Of a stretch of DNA of 64,000 nt, positions 37,376-46,475 are shown one piece after another. The DNA is from Patescibacteria group bacterium (GTDB lineage: Bacteria; Patescibacteriota; Patescibacteriia; Magasanikbacterales; GWA2-37-8). Position 1 is the first letter of the stretch; the number at the start of each line of letters is the position of its first letter. The notes under the pieces are model-generated. The model was not told where the DNA came from, made no database searches, and worked only from the letters and a program-made list of their open reading frames with translations. A program made the translations under genes and the position numbers. The DNA lies in contig JBAZNA010000001.1 in the NCBI GenBank assembly GCA_041649475.1, positions 392,612 to 456,611 of the forward strand. The letters run 5' to 3'.

Positions 37376-39601
37376 ATGAAAATAGTTATGTATAAATTCC
37401 GTTTTACAATTTTGTCTGTATTGGTCGCTCTTGTCTGGGTATTTTTGCCGCTCAAAACTTCTGCCCTCGTTATTTCTAAAACTCCGGCCAACAGTTTGCA
37501 AACCGGCCTGGTGGGCTGGTGGACTTTTGATGGAAAGGATTGGGCGTCTTCCCTGATTACTAAGGATAAAAGTGTGTTTAATAATAACGGAACTTTGATC
37601 GGAGGAGTGGCAAAAGTGAATGGAAAAATCGGGCAGGCCATTAATTTTACAGGTACTGGCACAGATTACATGTCTTTAGGTGCAACCACACCATCATCAT
37701 TGCAAAATTTGCCATTAGGAGATTTTACTGCTTGTGCGTGGGTGTATCCCAAATCACAAGGAAAAAACAATCTGGGAACCATATTTGATAATTATATTAC
37801 TCCAAATGGCGGATGGGCTTTGTTGTTGGTTCCTAATTATGCTCTTCAACTATCAATTGATTATCAGGGTGGTACCGGAAATGTTTATGCCCATAGTTTG
37901 GATAATGCTATAACACCAAGGGTGTGGCAACATCTTTGTATGGTTTTTAATATAAGCACTAAACGTGGACGGTTATTTAAAAATGGCATACAACTATCAT
38001 TGAATGGTGACGTTGCCGGTGGAACCAGCTATGCGAACGACGCGACCCATGAGTTCCGCATCGGTAATCAATCAAATACAACAGACCGTACCTTTGACGG
38101 GAAAATGGATGATGTCCGCATCTACTCTCGCGCCCTGTCCACAACGGAAATCCAAGAACTATATAAACAAGGCGGGGGAGTGATAAACAAAACCGATTTG
38201 ATTAAAGCGCAACTTCGCACTGGGTTGGTTGGCCAATTGACTTTTGATGGTAAGGATTTTTCTGATGCAACTCATGCCATTGATAAGAGTGGAAGAGGCA
38301 ATACAGGCACGCTGAATGGCACTTTGAGGAAAGTTAATGGAAAAATTGGACAAGCGTTAAGTTTTCCCGGACTGGCCACGGCCAATATTACAATGGCCGA
38401 TTCTGCAATCCTTAATCCCGGAAGTGGTGATTACACTGTAAGTACGTGGTTTAAATATTACGGAATAGTTGATACTGCTCACCCTGCTTTTATTTATAAT
38501 GATTACGGTAGTAATACAAATAATTTAGTGAATTTGTCAATTGAGTATCCCAGTAATCAACTTAGAGCAACTTATAGAGACGGAAGCGGAAACGACATTC
38601 TTGTTCTCGGTGTTGGTCCAACAGTAAATGACAGCAAGTGGCATCATGTTGTCTGGACAAAAAATAACAAAACCGGTTATCTGTATCTTGATGGAGTGTT
38701 TATAACATCCGACACTGACAGTTTAGTTGGGACAATTACCACCAACGACGCCAACCCGCCGATGGTCGGTCGCTACTCGCAAGATGCTAATAATATAGGG
38801 ATGTTTTGGGGTTTGATGGATGACTTTCGCATCTACTCCCGTGCTCTGTCCGCCTCTGAAGTTCAAGAACTATACAAACAAGGCGGAGGAAAGATAAACA
38901 AAACCGACTTGGTTAAGGCGCAACTGCGCACTGGGTTGGTTGGCCACTGGACTTTTGATGGAAAAGATTGGGCTTCAAATATTTTAACTTTGGATAAAAG
39001 CGGGTCCAATAATAACGGCATTTTGAATGGGGGAGTTACAAAAGTTAATGGCAAAATCGGACAGGCGGTGAAGTTTGATGGGAGTACCGGATATATAAAT
39101 GGTGGTGCTACCGGAATAATTGCAAACAATAACTACACTTATGCGACCTGGGTTAAATTTAAAACTCTTCCGGCGGACGGTACTTACTATACGGTAATTG
39201 GCGTAACCGAAGGTGATCAAAATTTTTTAATGGCAAATAATTATAATGTCACCTGGCATTACACCGGATTTGGCTGTGGCAGTTACTACAACGCCAGCTT
39301 CGGCGACCAAGCCGGGTATAATGGAGTACTGCCGAGCATTAACAAATGGTATCATGTTGCGTGCGTTAGAAATACAGCCACCAATAAAATAAGTTTATAT
39401 ATCAATGGCGTGCTTTCTAGTTCTACTACTCTTTCCAGCCCAACCGCGTATTATGGCGCCACGCAAGCAGTTTATATTGGTCGCAGAATAGCCGGGCCGG
39501 GGTATGAGGGGTACTTTAATGGTTGGTTTGATGATGCCCGCATCTACAACCGCGCCCTGTCCGCTACCGAGGTTTATGAGTTATATAGGATGGGGAAATA
39601 A
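37376..39601 (+). CDS. Secreted triple LamG/ConA-like domain protein, paralog 6 of 6
   Basis: I chose the ATG at 37376 (MKIVMYKFRFTILSVLVALVW) over the listed 37289 start. An AGGAG sequence sits 10 nt upstream. Three LamG-like units. Confidence 0.7.
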   Translation: MKIVMYKFRFTILSVLVALVWVFLPLKTSALVISKTPANSLQTGLVGWWTFDGKDWASSLITKDKSVFNNNGTLIGGVAKVNGKIGQAINFTGTGTDYMSLGATTPSSLQNLPLGDFTACAWVYPKSQGKNNLGTIFDNYITPNGGWALLLVPNYALQLSIDYQGGTGNVYAHSLDNAITPRVWQHLCMVFNISTKRGRLFKNGIQLSLNGDVAGGTSYANDATHEFRIGNQSNTTDRTFDGKMDDVRIYSRALSTTEIQELYKQGGGVINKTDLIKAQLRTGLVGQLTFDGKDFSDATHAIDKSGRGNTGTLNGTLRKVNGKIGQALSFPGLATANITMADSAILNPGSGDYTVSTWFKYYGIVDTAHPAFIYNDYGSNTNNLVNLSIEYPSNQLRATYRDGSGNDILVLGVGPTVNDSKWHHVVWTKNNKTGYLYLDGVFITSDTDSLVGTITTNDANPPMVGRYSQDANNIGMFWGLMDDFRIYSRALSASEVQELYKQGGGKINKTDLVKAQLRTGLVGHWTFDGKDWASNILTLDKSGSNNNGILNGGVTKVNGKIGQAVKFDGSTGYINGGATGIIANNNYTYATWVKFKTLPADGTYYTVIGVTEGDQNFLMANNYNVTWHYTGFGCGSYYNASFGDQAGYNGVLPSINKWYHVACVRNTATNKISLYINGVLSSSTTLSSPTAYYGATQAVYIGRRIAGPGYEGYFNGWFDDARIYNRALSATEVYELYRMGK

Positions 39602-39623
39602 GTTGAATTAAATTATCTTGAAG

Positions 39624-39662
39624 TAGCCAAGTTACATCGCTTGGCTATTTTATTTTTCTTTT
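39624..39662 (+). terminator. Strong rho-independent terminator closing the giant-protein/LamG gene block
   Basis: TAGCCAAG-ttacatcg-CTTGGCTA hairpin followed by TTTATTTTTCTTTT. Confidence 0.65.
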
Positions 39663-39743
39663 ATCCAAATTTTAGTTTTTCTTTACCTAAATTTTATCTG
39701 GGGTATGTTAAAGTATTTTTGTTATTTTTAATCATTTAGTAAT

Positions 39744-40010
39744 ATGTCTAAAGTATCATATTGTGATGTGTGTCATAGAAAACAAAATGCGGAAGCGGAT
39801 GAGAATAAGTGGTTATCACTAACCATGTTTTGTTATGGAGCTGATTTAAAGGAATTTGGCATAAGGTCTGTTCAGAGATTAGAGTTTTGTCCGCGCTGTA
39901 TCGTCAAAATAGTTCCCAAAATAGTTAAAATTTTAAAAACCATCCATGGCCCAGAATCTTCAAATTTTTCAGGCAAAAACAAAAGGAGTACCCGGAACAA
40001 ATTACGCTGA
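39744..40010 (+). CDS. Small Cys4 zinc-ribbon hypothetical protein (AT-rich islet)
   Basis: CDVC...CPRC pairs. The ORF overlaps the next one; the true 3' end is uncertain. Confidence 0.3.
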   Translation: MSKVSYCDVCHRKQNAEADENKWLSLTMFCYGADLKEFGIRSVQRLEFCPRCIVKIVPKIVKILKTIHGPESSNFSGKNKRSTRNKLR

Positions 40011-40377
40011 AGTTTATAAGAAGTCTTTTTCTGTTTATCAAGAGATATGTAGGAGGACTAAAAGGCGACCTTACGTAAGGTCGGCCTATTTTAATAAAGA
40101 GAAGATATTTTTAGGACTTTTCTGGGGTCATTTGCACAGCAAACTAAATTACCGTGACAAAACACGACGAGTTAAGTTATTTCCATGTGCCATAGAACTA
40201 ATAGAAAGGGGACAATGCCATCCAATTCTGACTAAACAAAGTCTAGAGCAACCGAACACGATATTATATCGTTTTGTTGGCAAAACTCCAGATGGAAAAT
40301 TATTTTTTGTTCAAATCAAAAAAGATATGCACTCTAATCAGAAATGGCTAATTTCTGCGTTTCCGTGTGAGAATTAA
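39946..40377 (+). CDS. Hypothetical protein; the C-terminal ~70 aa weakly recall a DUF4258/RelE-like fold
   Basis: ORF-only call. The C-terminus CAIELIERGQ...KLFFVQIKKD...KWLISAFP loosely matches my memory of DUF4258. Very tentative; the start is ambiguous. Confidence 0.25.
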   Translation: MAQNLQIFQAKTKGVPGTNYAEVYKKSFSVYQEICRRTKRRPYVRSAYFNKEKIFLGLFWGHLHSKLNYRDKTRRVKLFPCAIELIERGQCHPILTKQSLEQPNTILYRFVGKTPDGKLFFVQIKKDMHSNQKWLISAFPCEN

Positions 40378-40767
40378 GCAAATAAAAAAGACCTTCCGCC
40401 AATTTGTGCCGTAACGCGTATAGCACGGCCGAAAGTCCTTTTTCTAGAATTATTATAATATATCTTGAAAATATGTCAAGAGGATCATTGGGGATATCTT
40501 ATAATTTTGAAACTAATTTATTTTATTTTTTCTTTATCCAAGTTTCATGTGAGATATGATATGGTAGTTTACAATTATGAAAATTATTAGTGCCTGATAT
40601 GTATCATTATTCTTCTTTGTTGAGGGCATTTAATGAAGATGTGGCTTTTCTAAATAATTTAAATAAAAAATTGGCTAAAACAAAAGAGGGGCATTACCCT
40701 TCGGACGAAACCTTAGGTGTGTCCCCTCATCGTGATTCTGAATGAATAATAATACATTGAGTTCTAT

Positions 40768-41196
40768 TTGTCAAGAGGTTTAATTCTATATTTTATGTCC
40801 GAGTATTCAATGGTCCCAAGTGAAAGAATAGTTAGCAAAATTTATATTATCCGCAATCGTAAGGTGATGCTGGATCGTGATCTGGCGGAGCTTTATGGAG
40901 TAAAAACCATGGTTTTGAATCAGGCGGTAAAAAGAAATATCAAGCGTTTTCCGCCGGATTTTATGTTTCAGCTCACTAAAGAAGAGATGGAAAATTGGAA
41001 GTCACAATTTGTGACTTCCAATTTAGACGAATCTTTAAGATCACAAATTGTGATCTTAAAGAGACGAGGCAAACATTCAAAATATCTACCTTATGTTTTC
41101 ACCGAACAAGGCGTGGCCATGCTTTCCAGTGTTTTAAATAGTGATAGAGCCGTAGAAGTCAACATCCAAATAAAAGCGTGGAGAAATCGGGTTTAA
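40768..41196 (+). CDS. ORF6N-domain (KilA-N/antirepressor-like DNA-binding) protein
   Basis: [46 protein letters not shown]...[25 protein letters not shown] matches the ORF6N domain common in phage and mobile-element genes. The true start may be an internal Met. Confidence 0.55.
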   Translation: MSRGLILYFMSEYSMVPSERIVSKIYIIRNRKVMLDRDLAELYGVKTMVLNQAVKRNIKRFPPDFMFQLTKEEMENWKSQFVTSNLDESLRSQIVILKRRGKHSKYLPYVFTEQGVAMLSSVLNSDRAVEVNIQIKAWRNRV

Positions 41197-41282
41197 AGCC
41201 AAATAATTTAGTTTTGGTTTGATAGACACACCCTCTATTTTGTGTTATTATATTTCTTGTTAGATAATAACCCAAATTAAGT

Positions 41283-41735
41283 ATGTCTCCAATTGTGATC
41301 CAGAGGAAAAATCCCAAGCGGTTTATCTGGGCTGTGGTTATTTTACTAGTAGTCGGAGTCATCTTTGCCTGGGTTTATTACAGATATGACTTGGCCGCCA
41401 GAGGCGCGGCTAATTACGCCAATCCGGTTTTAGATCAACAAAAGCAGAACGCGCAAAAAGAATTGCAGGACACCATCGCCAAAGTCGGCAAACACATAGT
41501 TTTGCCAACCGGAGAAACCCCGGCCTTGGCCATAGTCAATGATGCGGCCAAACTGGCTCAAACTCAGCCGTTTTACAAAGACGCGCAAAACGGCGATAAG
41601 GTTTTGGTATATTTTCAGGCCAAAAAGGCATTTATCTATGACCCAAACCGGGATATTGTCGTCAATGTCGGGCCGGTGATTACCCAAAAAGATAATAAAA
41701 CTGAAGTTAAAACAGGGACATCAACTCCATTATGA
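41283..41735 (+). CDS. Membrane-anchored hypothetical protein (150 aa)
   Basis: N-terminal TM helix FIWAVVILLVVGVIFAWVYY; overlaps the downstream glycosyltransferase start by 4 nt (operon). Confidence 0.45.
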   Translation: MSPIVIQRKNPKRFIWAVVILLVVGVIFAWVYYRYDLAARGAANYANPVLDQQKQNAQKELQDTIAKVGKHIVLPTGETPALAIVNDAAKLAQTQPFYKDAQNGDKVLVYFQAKKAFIYDPNRDIVVNVGPVITQKDNKTEVKTGTSTPL

Positions 41736-42874
41736 AAATAGCCATGATCGGCCAAAAGGGGATTCCCTTTGATAAAGACGGAGGCGGAATTGAAAGGCAT
41801 GTGGAGGAACTTTCGGTGCGTCTGGCCGCAGCCGGGCATTCTGTTTCCGCATATATCCGGCCGAGATTTTTAAAACAGGAAATCAAAGAATATAAAGGCG
41901 TCAAATTGATTCCACTCCCGTCCATTCCGACCAAAAATTTTGACACCATCACTTATACCCTGTTCGCCAGCATCCATGTTTTGTTTCAAAAAGTTGATGT
42001 GATTCATTATCACGGCGTGGGCCCATCCACTTTGGCTTGGATACCAAGATTGTTCAAGCCCAAAGCCAGGGTGATAGTCACCTTCCACAGCATTGACCGC
42101 TTTCATAAAAAATGGGGGTGGTTTGCGCGCTTGTATTTGGGCTGGGGCGAGTGGACCGCCTGTCACTATCCGCATAAAACCATCGTGGTTTCGCATTCCC
42201 TCCACGAATATTGTTTGGATAGATTTAAAAAAGAAACGGTTTATATCCCGAACGGTGTCAGCGTTTCCAAAGTAAACACCAATGAAAAAATCCAAAAATT
42301 CGGTTTGGGCTATGAAGATTATATTCTAACAGTCGCGCGGTTGGTCAAACATAAAGGCATACATTATTTAATTGAGGCCTATAAAAAAATAGAACAGCAT
42401 TTCGGCACTGACGCGAATAATTGGCCGGGCGGGCAGATTAAAAAATTGGTCATTGTGGGCGCCCCCAGTTTTACCCAGGATTATTTCCAGTATTTGAAAA
42501 AGCTGTCCGCCGGCAATCCCAATATTATTTTTGTCGGCTTTCAAACTGGTGTCACTCTGGCCCAGTTATACGCCAATGCCTACTTATACGTTCATCCTTC
42601 AGAGGCCGAAGGTCTGTCCGTGTCCATTTTGGAAGCCATGAGCCATGGCCGTTGTGTTTTAACCAGCAATATCCCCGAGAATTTGGAGATTATTGATCAT
42701 GGCGGATATTCATTTGAATCAAAAAACATTGATGATTTGTATGAAAAATTGGCTTATTTGCTGGATTTTGATGAAGCAGTGAAGCGCCGTGGCGAGCATG
42801 GACTTGAGTTTATCAGGGAAAATTTTGACTGGGATGACATAACCAAAGAGGTACAGAATGTGTACTCTTGCTAA
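41732..42874 (+). CDS. Glycosyltransferase family 1 (GT4-type)
   Basis: C-terminal EGLSVSILEAMSHGRCVLTSNIPE motif; 380 aa. Confidence 0.8.
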   Translation: MKIAMIGQKGIPFDKDGGGIERHVEELSVRLAAAGHSVSAYIRPRFLKQEIKEYKGVKLIPLPSIPTKNFDTITYTLFASIHVLFQKVDVIHYHGVGPSTLAWIPRLFKPKARVIVTFHSIDRFHKKWGWFARLYLGWGEWTACHYPHKTIVVSHSLHEYCLDRFKKETVYIPNGVSVSKVNTNEKIQKFGLGYEDYILTVARLVKHKGIHYLIEAYKKIEQHFGTDANNWPGGQIKKLVIVGAPSFTQDYFQYLKKLSAGNPNIIFVGFQTGVTLAQLYANAYLYVHPSEAEGLSVSILEAMSHGRCVLTSNIPENLEIIDHGGYSFESKNIDDLYEKLAYLLDFDEAVKRRGEHGLEFIRENFDWDDITKEVQNVYSC

Positions 42875-42904
42875 TGGCATACTTTTGTGATAAAATCATA
42901 GGGT

Positions 42905-45667
42905 ATGTCATTTTTGTCTAAAATTTTTGGCGATCCGAACGCGGCGGTTATCAAAGAAATCCAGCCGATTGTTGAAAAGATAAATTCTTTGGAAGCGGAG
43001 GTTTCCAAGTTGAGTTTGGATGGGCTGAAGGCCAAAACCGATGAATTTAAGGCCCGTTTGGTCAAAGGCGAGACCCTGGACGATATTTTACCGGAGGCGT
43101 TTGCCGTTGTCCGGGAAACTTCAAAGCGTTTGACCGGCATGCGCCATTTTGACGTGCAGTTAATTGGCGGCATTGTTTTGCATCGCGGCCAGATTTCGGA
43201 AATGGCCACCGGTGAAGGAAAAACTTTGGTGGCCACTTTGCCAGTGTATTTGAATGCCTTAACCGGTAAGGGCGTGCATCTGGTGACTGTCAACGATTAT
43301 TTGGCCAAACGCGACGCGGTTTGGATGGGACAGATTTATGACGCGCTTGGGCTTTCCGTGGGCATAATTCAACAGCAATTGATTTCATATAAATACAGTT
43401 CCACGCCGATTCATAGCGCCGAAGCTTTGGCCGAGGGCAGTGCGGCTGATAAAGAGCGGGATAAAAAAGGCGCTTTTAAAGTTGAATCAGAATATTTACA
43501 GCCCTGTTCGCGCCAGGAAGCATACCGGTGCGACATTACTTATGGCACCAATAATGAATTTGGTTTTGATTATTTGCGCGACAACATGGTGCAGAATTTA
43601 AGCGAAATGTCGCAGAGACCGTTTTATTATGCCATCGTTGATGAAGTTGACTCCATTTTAATAGATGAAGCGCGCACGCCGCTTATTATTTCCGCGCCGG
43701 CCGAAGAAGCGGCTGATATGTATTACAAATTCGCGGGCTTGGTGCGCCGTTTGACCTTGGATGAGGACTATAACGTTGATGAAAAAATGCGGTCTGCCAC
43801 TTTGACCGAAGCCGGTTTGGCCAAAATGGAAAAATGGCTGGGCATTCCAAACATTTACGCCGAAGGCGGCATGAGCATGGTCCATCATTTGGAGCAGGCC
43901 CTGCGCGCCCATGCTTTGTTTGTGCGCGACCGCGATTACATCGTTGAAAACGGCGAAGTGATTATCGTTGATGAATTTACCGGCCGCAAAATGCCCGGAC
44001 GTAGATATAGCGAGGGCTTGCATCAGGCCATTGAAGCGCAGGAAAATGTGAGGATCCAGAATGAGAGCCAGACCATGGCCACGATTACTTTTCAAAATTA
44101 TTTCCGCTTGTACGAGAAATTGTCCGGTATGACCGGCACGGCCGTGACCGAAGCCGAAGAATTCGGCAAGATTTATAAACTGGAAGTGGTGGTTATTCCG
44201 CAAAACAAACCCAGTCGCCGATTAAATAATCCGGATAGAATATACAGAACCGCGGATGCGAAATATAAAGCGATTGCCATGAAAGTGAAAGAATTGCAGG
44301 CCAAGGGCCAGCCGGTTTTAATCGGTACGGTTTCGGTTGATAAAAATGAGGAATTGAGTTTGTATCTGGAGAGAGAGGGGATTACACATGAAATTTTAAA
44401 CGCCAAAAACCATGAACGTGAAGGAGAAATTATCGCCCAGGCCGGCAAACCGGGTCGGGTAACTTTAGCCACGAACATGGCCGGCCGCGGCGTTGATATT
44501 ATTTTAGGCGGCAACCCTCCGGATGCCGGTGATGCCGAGAAGGTGAAAGCTGCCGGCGGTTTGTTTGTTTTGGGCACCGAGCGCCATGAGAGCCGGCGTA
44601 TTGACAACCAGTTGCGCGGACGCGCCGGACGCCAAGGGGACCCGGGCGAGTCGCAATTTTTCTTATGCACCGAAGATGATCTGATGAGAATTTTTGCCGG
44701 CGATCGCATAAAATCGGTGATGACCACTTTGAAAGTGCCGGAGGATATGCCGATTGAACAGGGGATGATCACCCGTATTATTGAATCCGCCCAGAAAAAA
44801 GTTGAGGGTCTGCATTTTGACACCCGCAAACATTTATTGGAATATGACGACGTTTTAAACCGCCACCGCGAGGTGATCTACGGCAAGCGCCGCGAGATCT
44901 TGCAAGTTTTTGATACTGAAAAATCCGGCACAATGGCTGCAGGCATGAAAACCTTGCAGGATTTGATTCTGGAAATGGTTGAACAGGAAATTGAACAGGT
45001 GGTTTCTTTCCACACCAATACTGAAGACAGGAAAGATTGGAATATAAAAGAAATTATTGAAACCGCTTCCACGATTTTTGCGCTTTCCGGTGAAGAGCAA
45101 AATAAAATTGAGGAGTTGTCCGGCGCGCGCGGAGAAGCCAAGCTTGATGATGTGCAAACCCGCACCAATATAATTGAATACCTTACCGATTTAGCCAAGC
45201 AAAAATATGAAACCCAACTGATCAAAGCCGTGCCTGACAAACAGATGCTTTATGAAATTGAAAAGCAGGTTTTGCTTCGCGGAATTGATAATTTGTGGGT
45301 GGAGCATTTGGTGGCGGTTGATTATCTGCGCACCGGCATCGGCCTGCGCGGTTACGGCCAGCACGATCCGCTGGTGGAATACAAAAAAGAGACCTTCCAC
45401 ATGTTTAATGAGCTTCTGAATTTAATCCAGAAAGAAGTTGTTTATTTGATTTACAAAGTTAATTTTGGCATCCAGATGGCGCCGTCGGTGATGAACAGGC
45501 GCAATAATTTGATTTTGAGCGGTGCCGAAACCGAATCTGTGCCCGTGGCCGCCGGAAAAATGAAAGATGACGCAGGCAAGGTTATTGGTCGAAATGATCC
45601 GTGTCCGTGTGGCAAAAAAAATTCTGACGGAAAACCGATAAAATATAAGCACTGCCACGGAGCATAG
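42905..45667 (+). CDS. secA: Preprotein translocase ATPase SecA
   Basis: N-terminus DPNAAVIKEIQPIVEKIN, DEAD-like motor motifs, and a C-terminal zinc-binding tail CPCGKK...KHCHG; 920 aa. Confidence 0.95.
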   Translation: MSFLSKIFGDPNAAVIKEIQPIVEKINSLEAEVSKLSLDGLKAKTDEFKARLVKGETLDDILPEAFAVVRETSKRLTGMRHFDVQLIGGIVLHRGQISEMATGEGKTLVATLPVYLNALTGKGVHLVTVNDYLAKRDAVWMGQIYDALGLSVGIIQQQLISYKYSSTPIHSAEALAEGSAADKERDKKGAFKVESEYLQPCSRQEAYRCDITYGTNNEFGFDYLRDNMVQNLSEMSQRPFYYAIVDEVDSILIDEARTPLIISAPAEEAADMYYKFAGLVRRLTLDEDYNVDEKMRSATLTEAGLAKMEKWLGIPNIYAEGGMSMVHHLEQALRAHALFVRDRDYIVENGEVIIVDEFTGRKMPGRRYSEGLHQAIEAQENVRIQNESQTMATITFQNYFRLYEKLSGMTGTAVTEAEEFGKIYKLEVVVIPQNKPSRRLNNPDRIYRTADAKYKAIAMKVKELQAKGQPVLIGTVSVDKNEELSLYLEREGITHEILNAKNHEREGEIIAQAGKPGRVTLATNMAGRGVDIILGGNPPDAGDAEKVKAAGGLFVLGTERHESRRIDNQLRGRAGRQGDPGESQFFLCTEDDLMRIFAGDRIKSVMTTLKVPEDMPIEQGMITRIIESAQKKVEGLHFDTRKHLLEYDDVLNRHREVIYGKRREILQVFDTEKSGTMAAGMKTLQDLILEMVEQEIEQVVSFHTNTEDRKDWNIKEIIETASTIFALSGEEQNKIEELSGARGEAKLDDVQTRTNIIEYLTDLAKQKYETQLIKAVPDKQMLYEIEKQVLLRGIDNLWVEHLVAVDYLRTGIGLRGYGQHDPLVEYKKETFHMFNELLNLIQKEVVYLIYKVNFGIQMAPSVMNRRNNLILSGAETESVPVAAGKMKDDAGKVIGRNDPCPCGKKNSDGKPIKYKHCHGA

Positions 45668-45869
45668 TTGTTAGCGTGTTTAAAACAAAAAGGCCTCCCT
45701 TGCGGGAGCCTTGGGATCTGATTACGGCTATCGGTGCTGCAACTAGAATTGCCATTCATTTACAAATATATCATAATAAATATTTTTGTCAAGGTGGTTG
45801 GTAAAATAATTATCAAAAAATAATCAAATTCAGATAAAAATCAAACCAAAACTCGCCTTTGGGGCGAGT

Positions 45870-45938
45870 TGGTGCCAATAGTTGACCGGAGGGGGGATCG
45901 AACCCCAAAAGCTGATTAGCAGGTCAGCTTGTGGCACC
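45870..45938 (-). other. Non-canonical tRNA-like element (acceptor-like stem plus T-arm-like hairpin) with a downstream terminator
   Basis: The minus-strand RNA GGTGCCA...TTGGGGTTCGATCCCCCC...TGGCACCA has a perfect 7-bp acceptor-like pairing with discriminator A and a GGGG-TTCGATC-CCCC T-arm-like hairpin, but lacks a canonical D-arm and anticodon arm. It is followed on the minus strand by an ACTCGCC-ccaaa-GGCGAGT hairpin plus a T-run. Confidence 0.3.
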
Positions 45939-46007
45939 AGCCACACTCCGCCCCCGCAACCGGCGAAAATATTTTAACAAGAGGTAGGTGAAATAAAATT
46001 AAAAAAT

Positions 46008-46274
46008 ATGTCCACAATAAATAAAAAAATTTGGCCGGAATATTTTGACGCAGTGGCTTCAGGTAAAAAGAAATTTGAGCTTCGTCTTAATGATTTTGAT
46101 GTCAATGAAGGAGATACACTAATTTTGGAAGAATGGAATCCTGAAACAAAAGAATATACCGGTAGAAAAATTGAGAAAAAAGTAACCTATGTTGGAAAAT
46201 TCAAAATAGATAAATTATTTTGGCCGGAAGAAGAAATAAAAGAGAAGGGGATACAAATTATTTCATTAGAATAA
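46008..46274 (+). CDS. Small ASCH/DUF3850-like protein (88 aa)
   Basis: KKKFELRLNDFDVNEGDTLILEEWNPETKEYTGRKIEKKVTYV resembles DUF3850/ASCH beta-barrel proteins (from memory). Confidence 0.45.
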   Translation: MSTINKKIWPEYFDAVASGKKKFELRLNDFDVNEGDTLILEEWNPETKEYTGRKIEKKVTYVGKFKIDKLFWPEEEIKEKGIQIISLE

Positions 46275-46475
46275 ACCAAAGCCCGCCTTTTGAGCGAGCA
46301 ATTGATTTGGGACCAGCTTGGGGAACTTACCCCCTCCATCCACCAGCATTAATGCTCTTGTCAACACAGCACTAACACGTAAATGATTGTAGCATACACC
46401 TGGTAAAGAAAATTTAAAGAAAAAATCAAATCCAGATGAATTTTATATAAAATTTAACCAAAAAACCTAACGTTT

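Noticed and set aside
27727-38353. Numerous 60-120-aa minus-strand ORFs inside the LamG array (for example 27727-28038, 29744-30070, 30380-30688, 33948-34136, 34623-34910, 35247-35543, 37366-37662, 38863-39129) that share recurring peptides such as FPSKVHQPTNP and PPPCLYNCW
   Set aside because: They are antisense images of the conserved sense-strand domain-junction repeats; this is also why they look like a family. They sit fully inside well-supported + strand genes and have no start or RBS context. Not genes.
18475-39601. Diversity-generating retroelement (DGR) targeting the lectin-domain genes
   Set aside because: No reverse transcriptase ORF and no template-repeat/variable-repeat pair with adenine-specific differences are visible in the window. 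The conserved segments differ at all four bases.
42093-45658. Antisense ORFs within glycosyltransferase and secA (43658-44203, 44173-44829, 44878-45240, 45451-45759, others)
   Set aside because: They lie fully inside strongly supported conserved genes on the opposite strand and have no features of their own.
45870-45938. tmRNA 3' end or SRP (4.5S) RNA as the identity of the tRNA-like element
   Set aside because: tmRNA is the wrong size; also a tmRNA acceptor 3' strand would follow the T-arm directly, yet here 13 extra nt intervene. The element lacks the conserved SRP domain IV motif (GGAAGGAAGCAGC-like) on either strand. It is left as an unclassified tRNA-like element.
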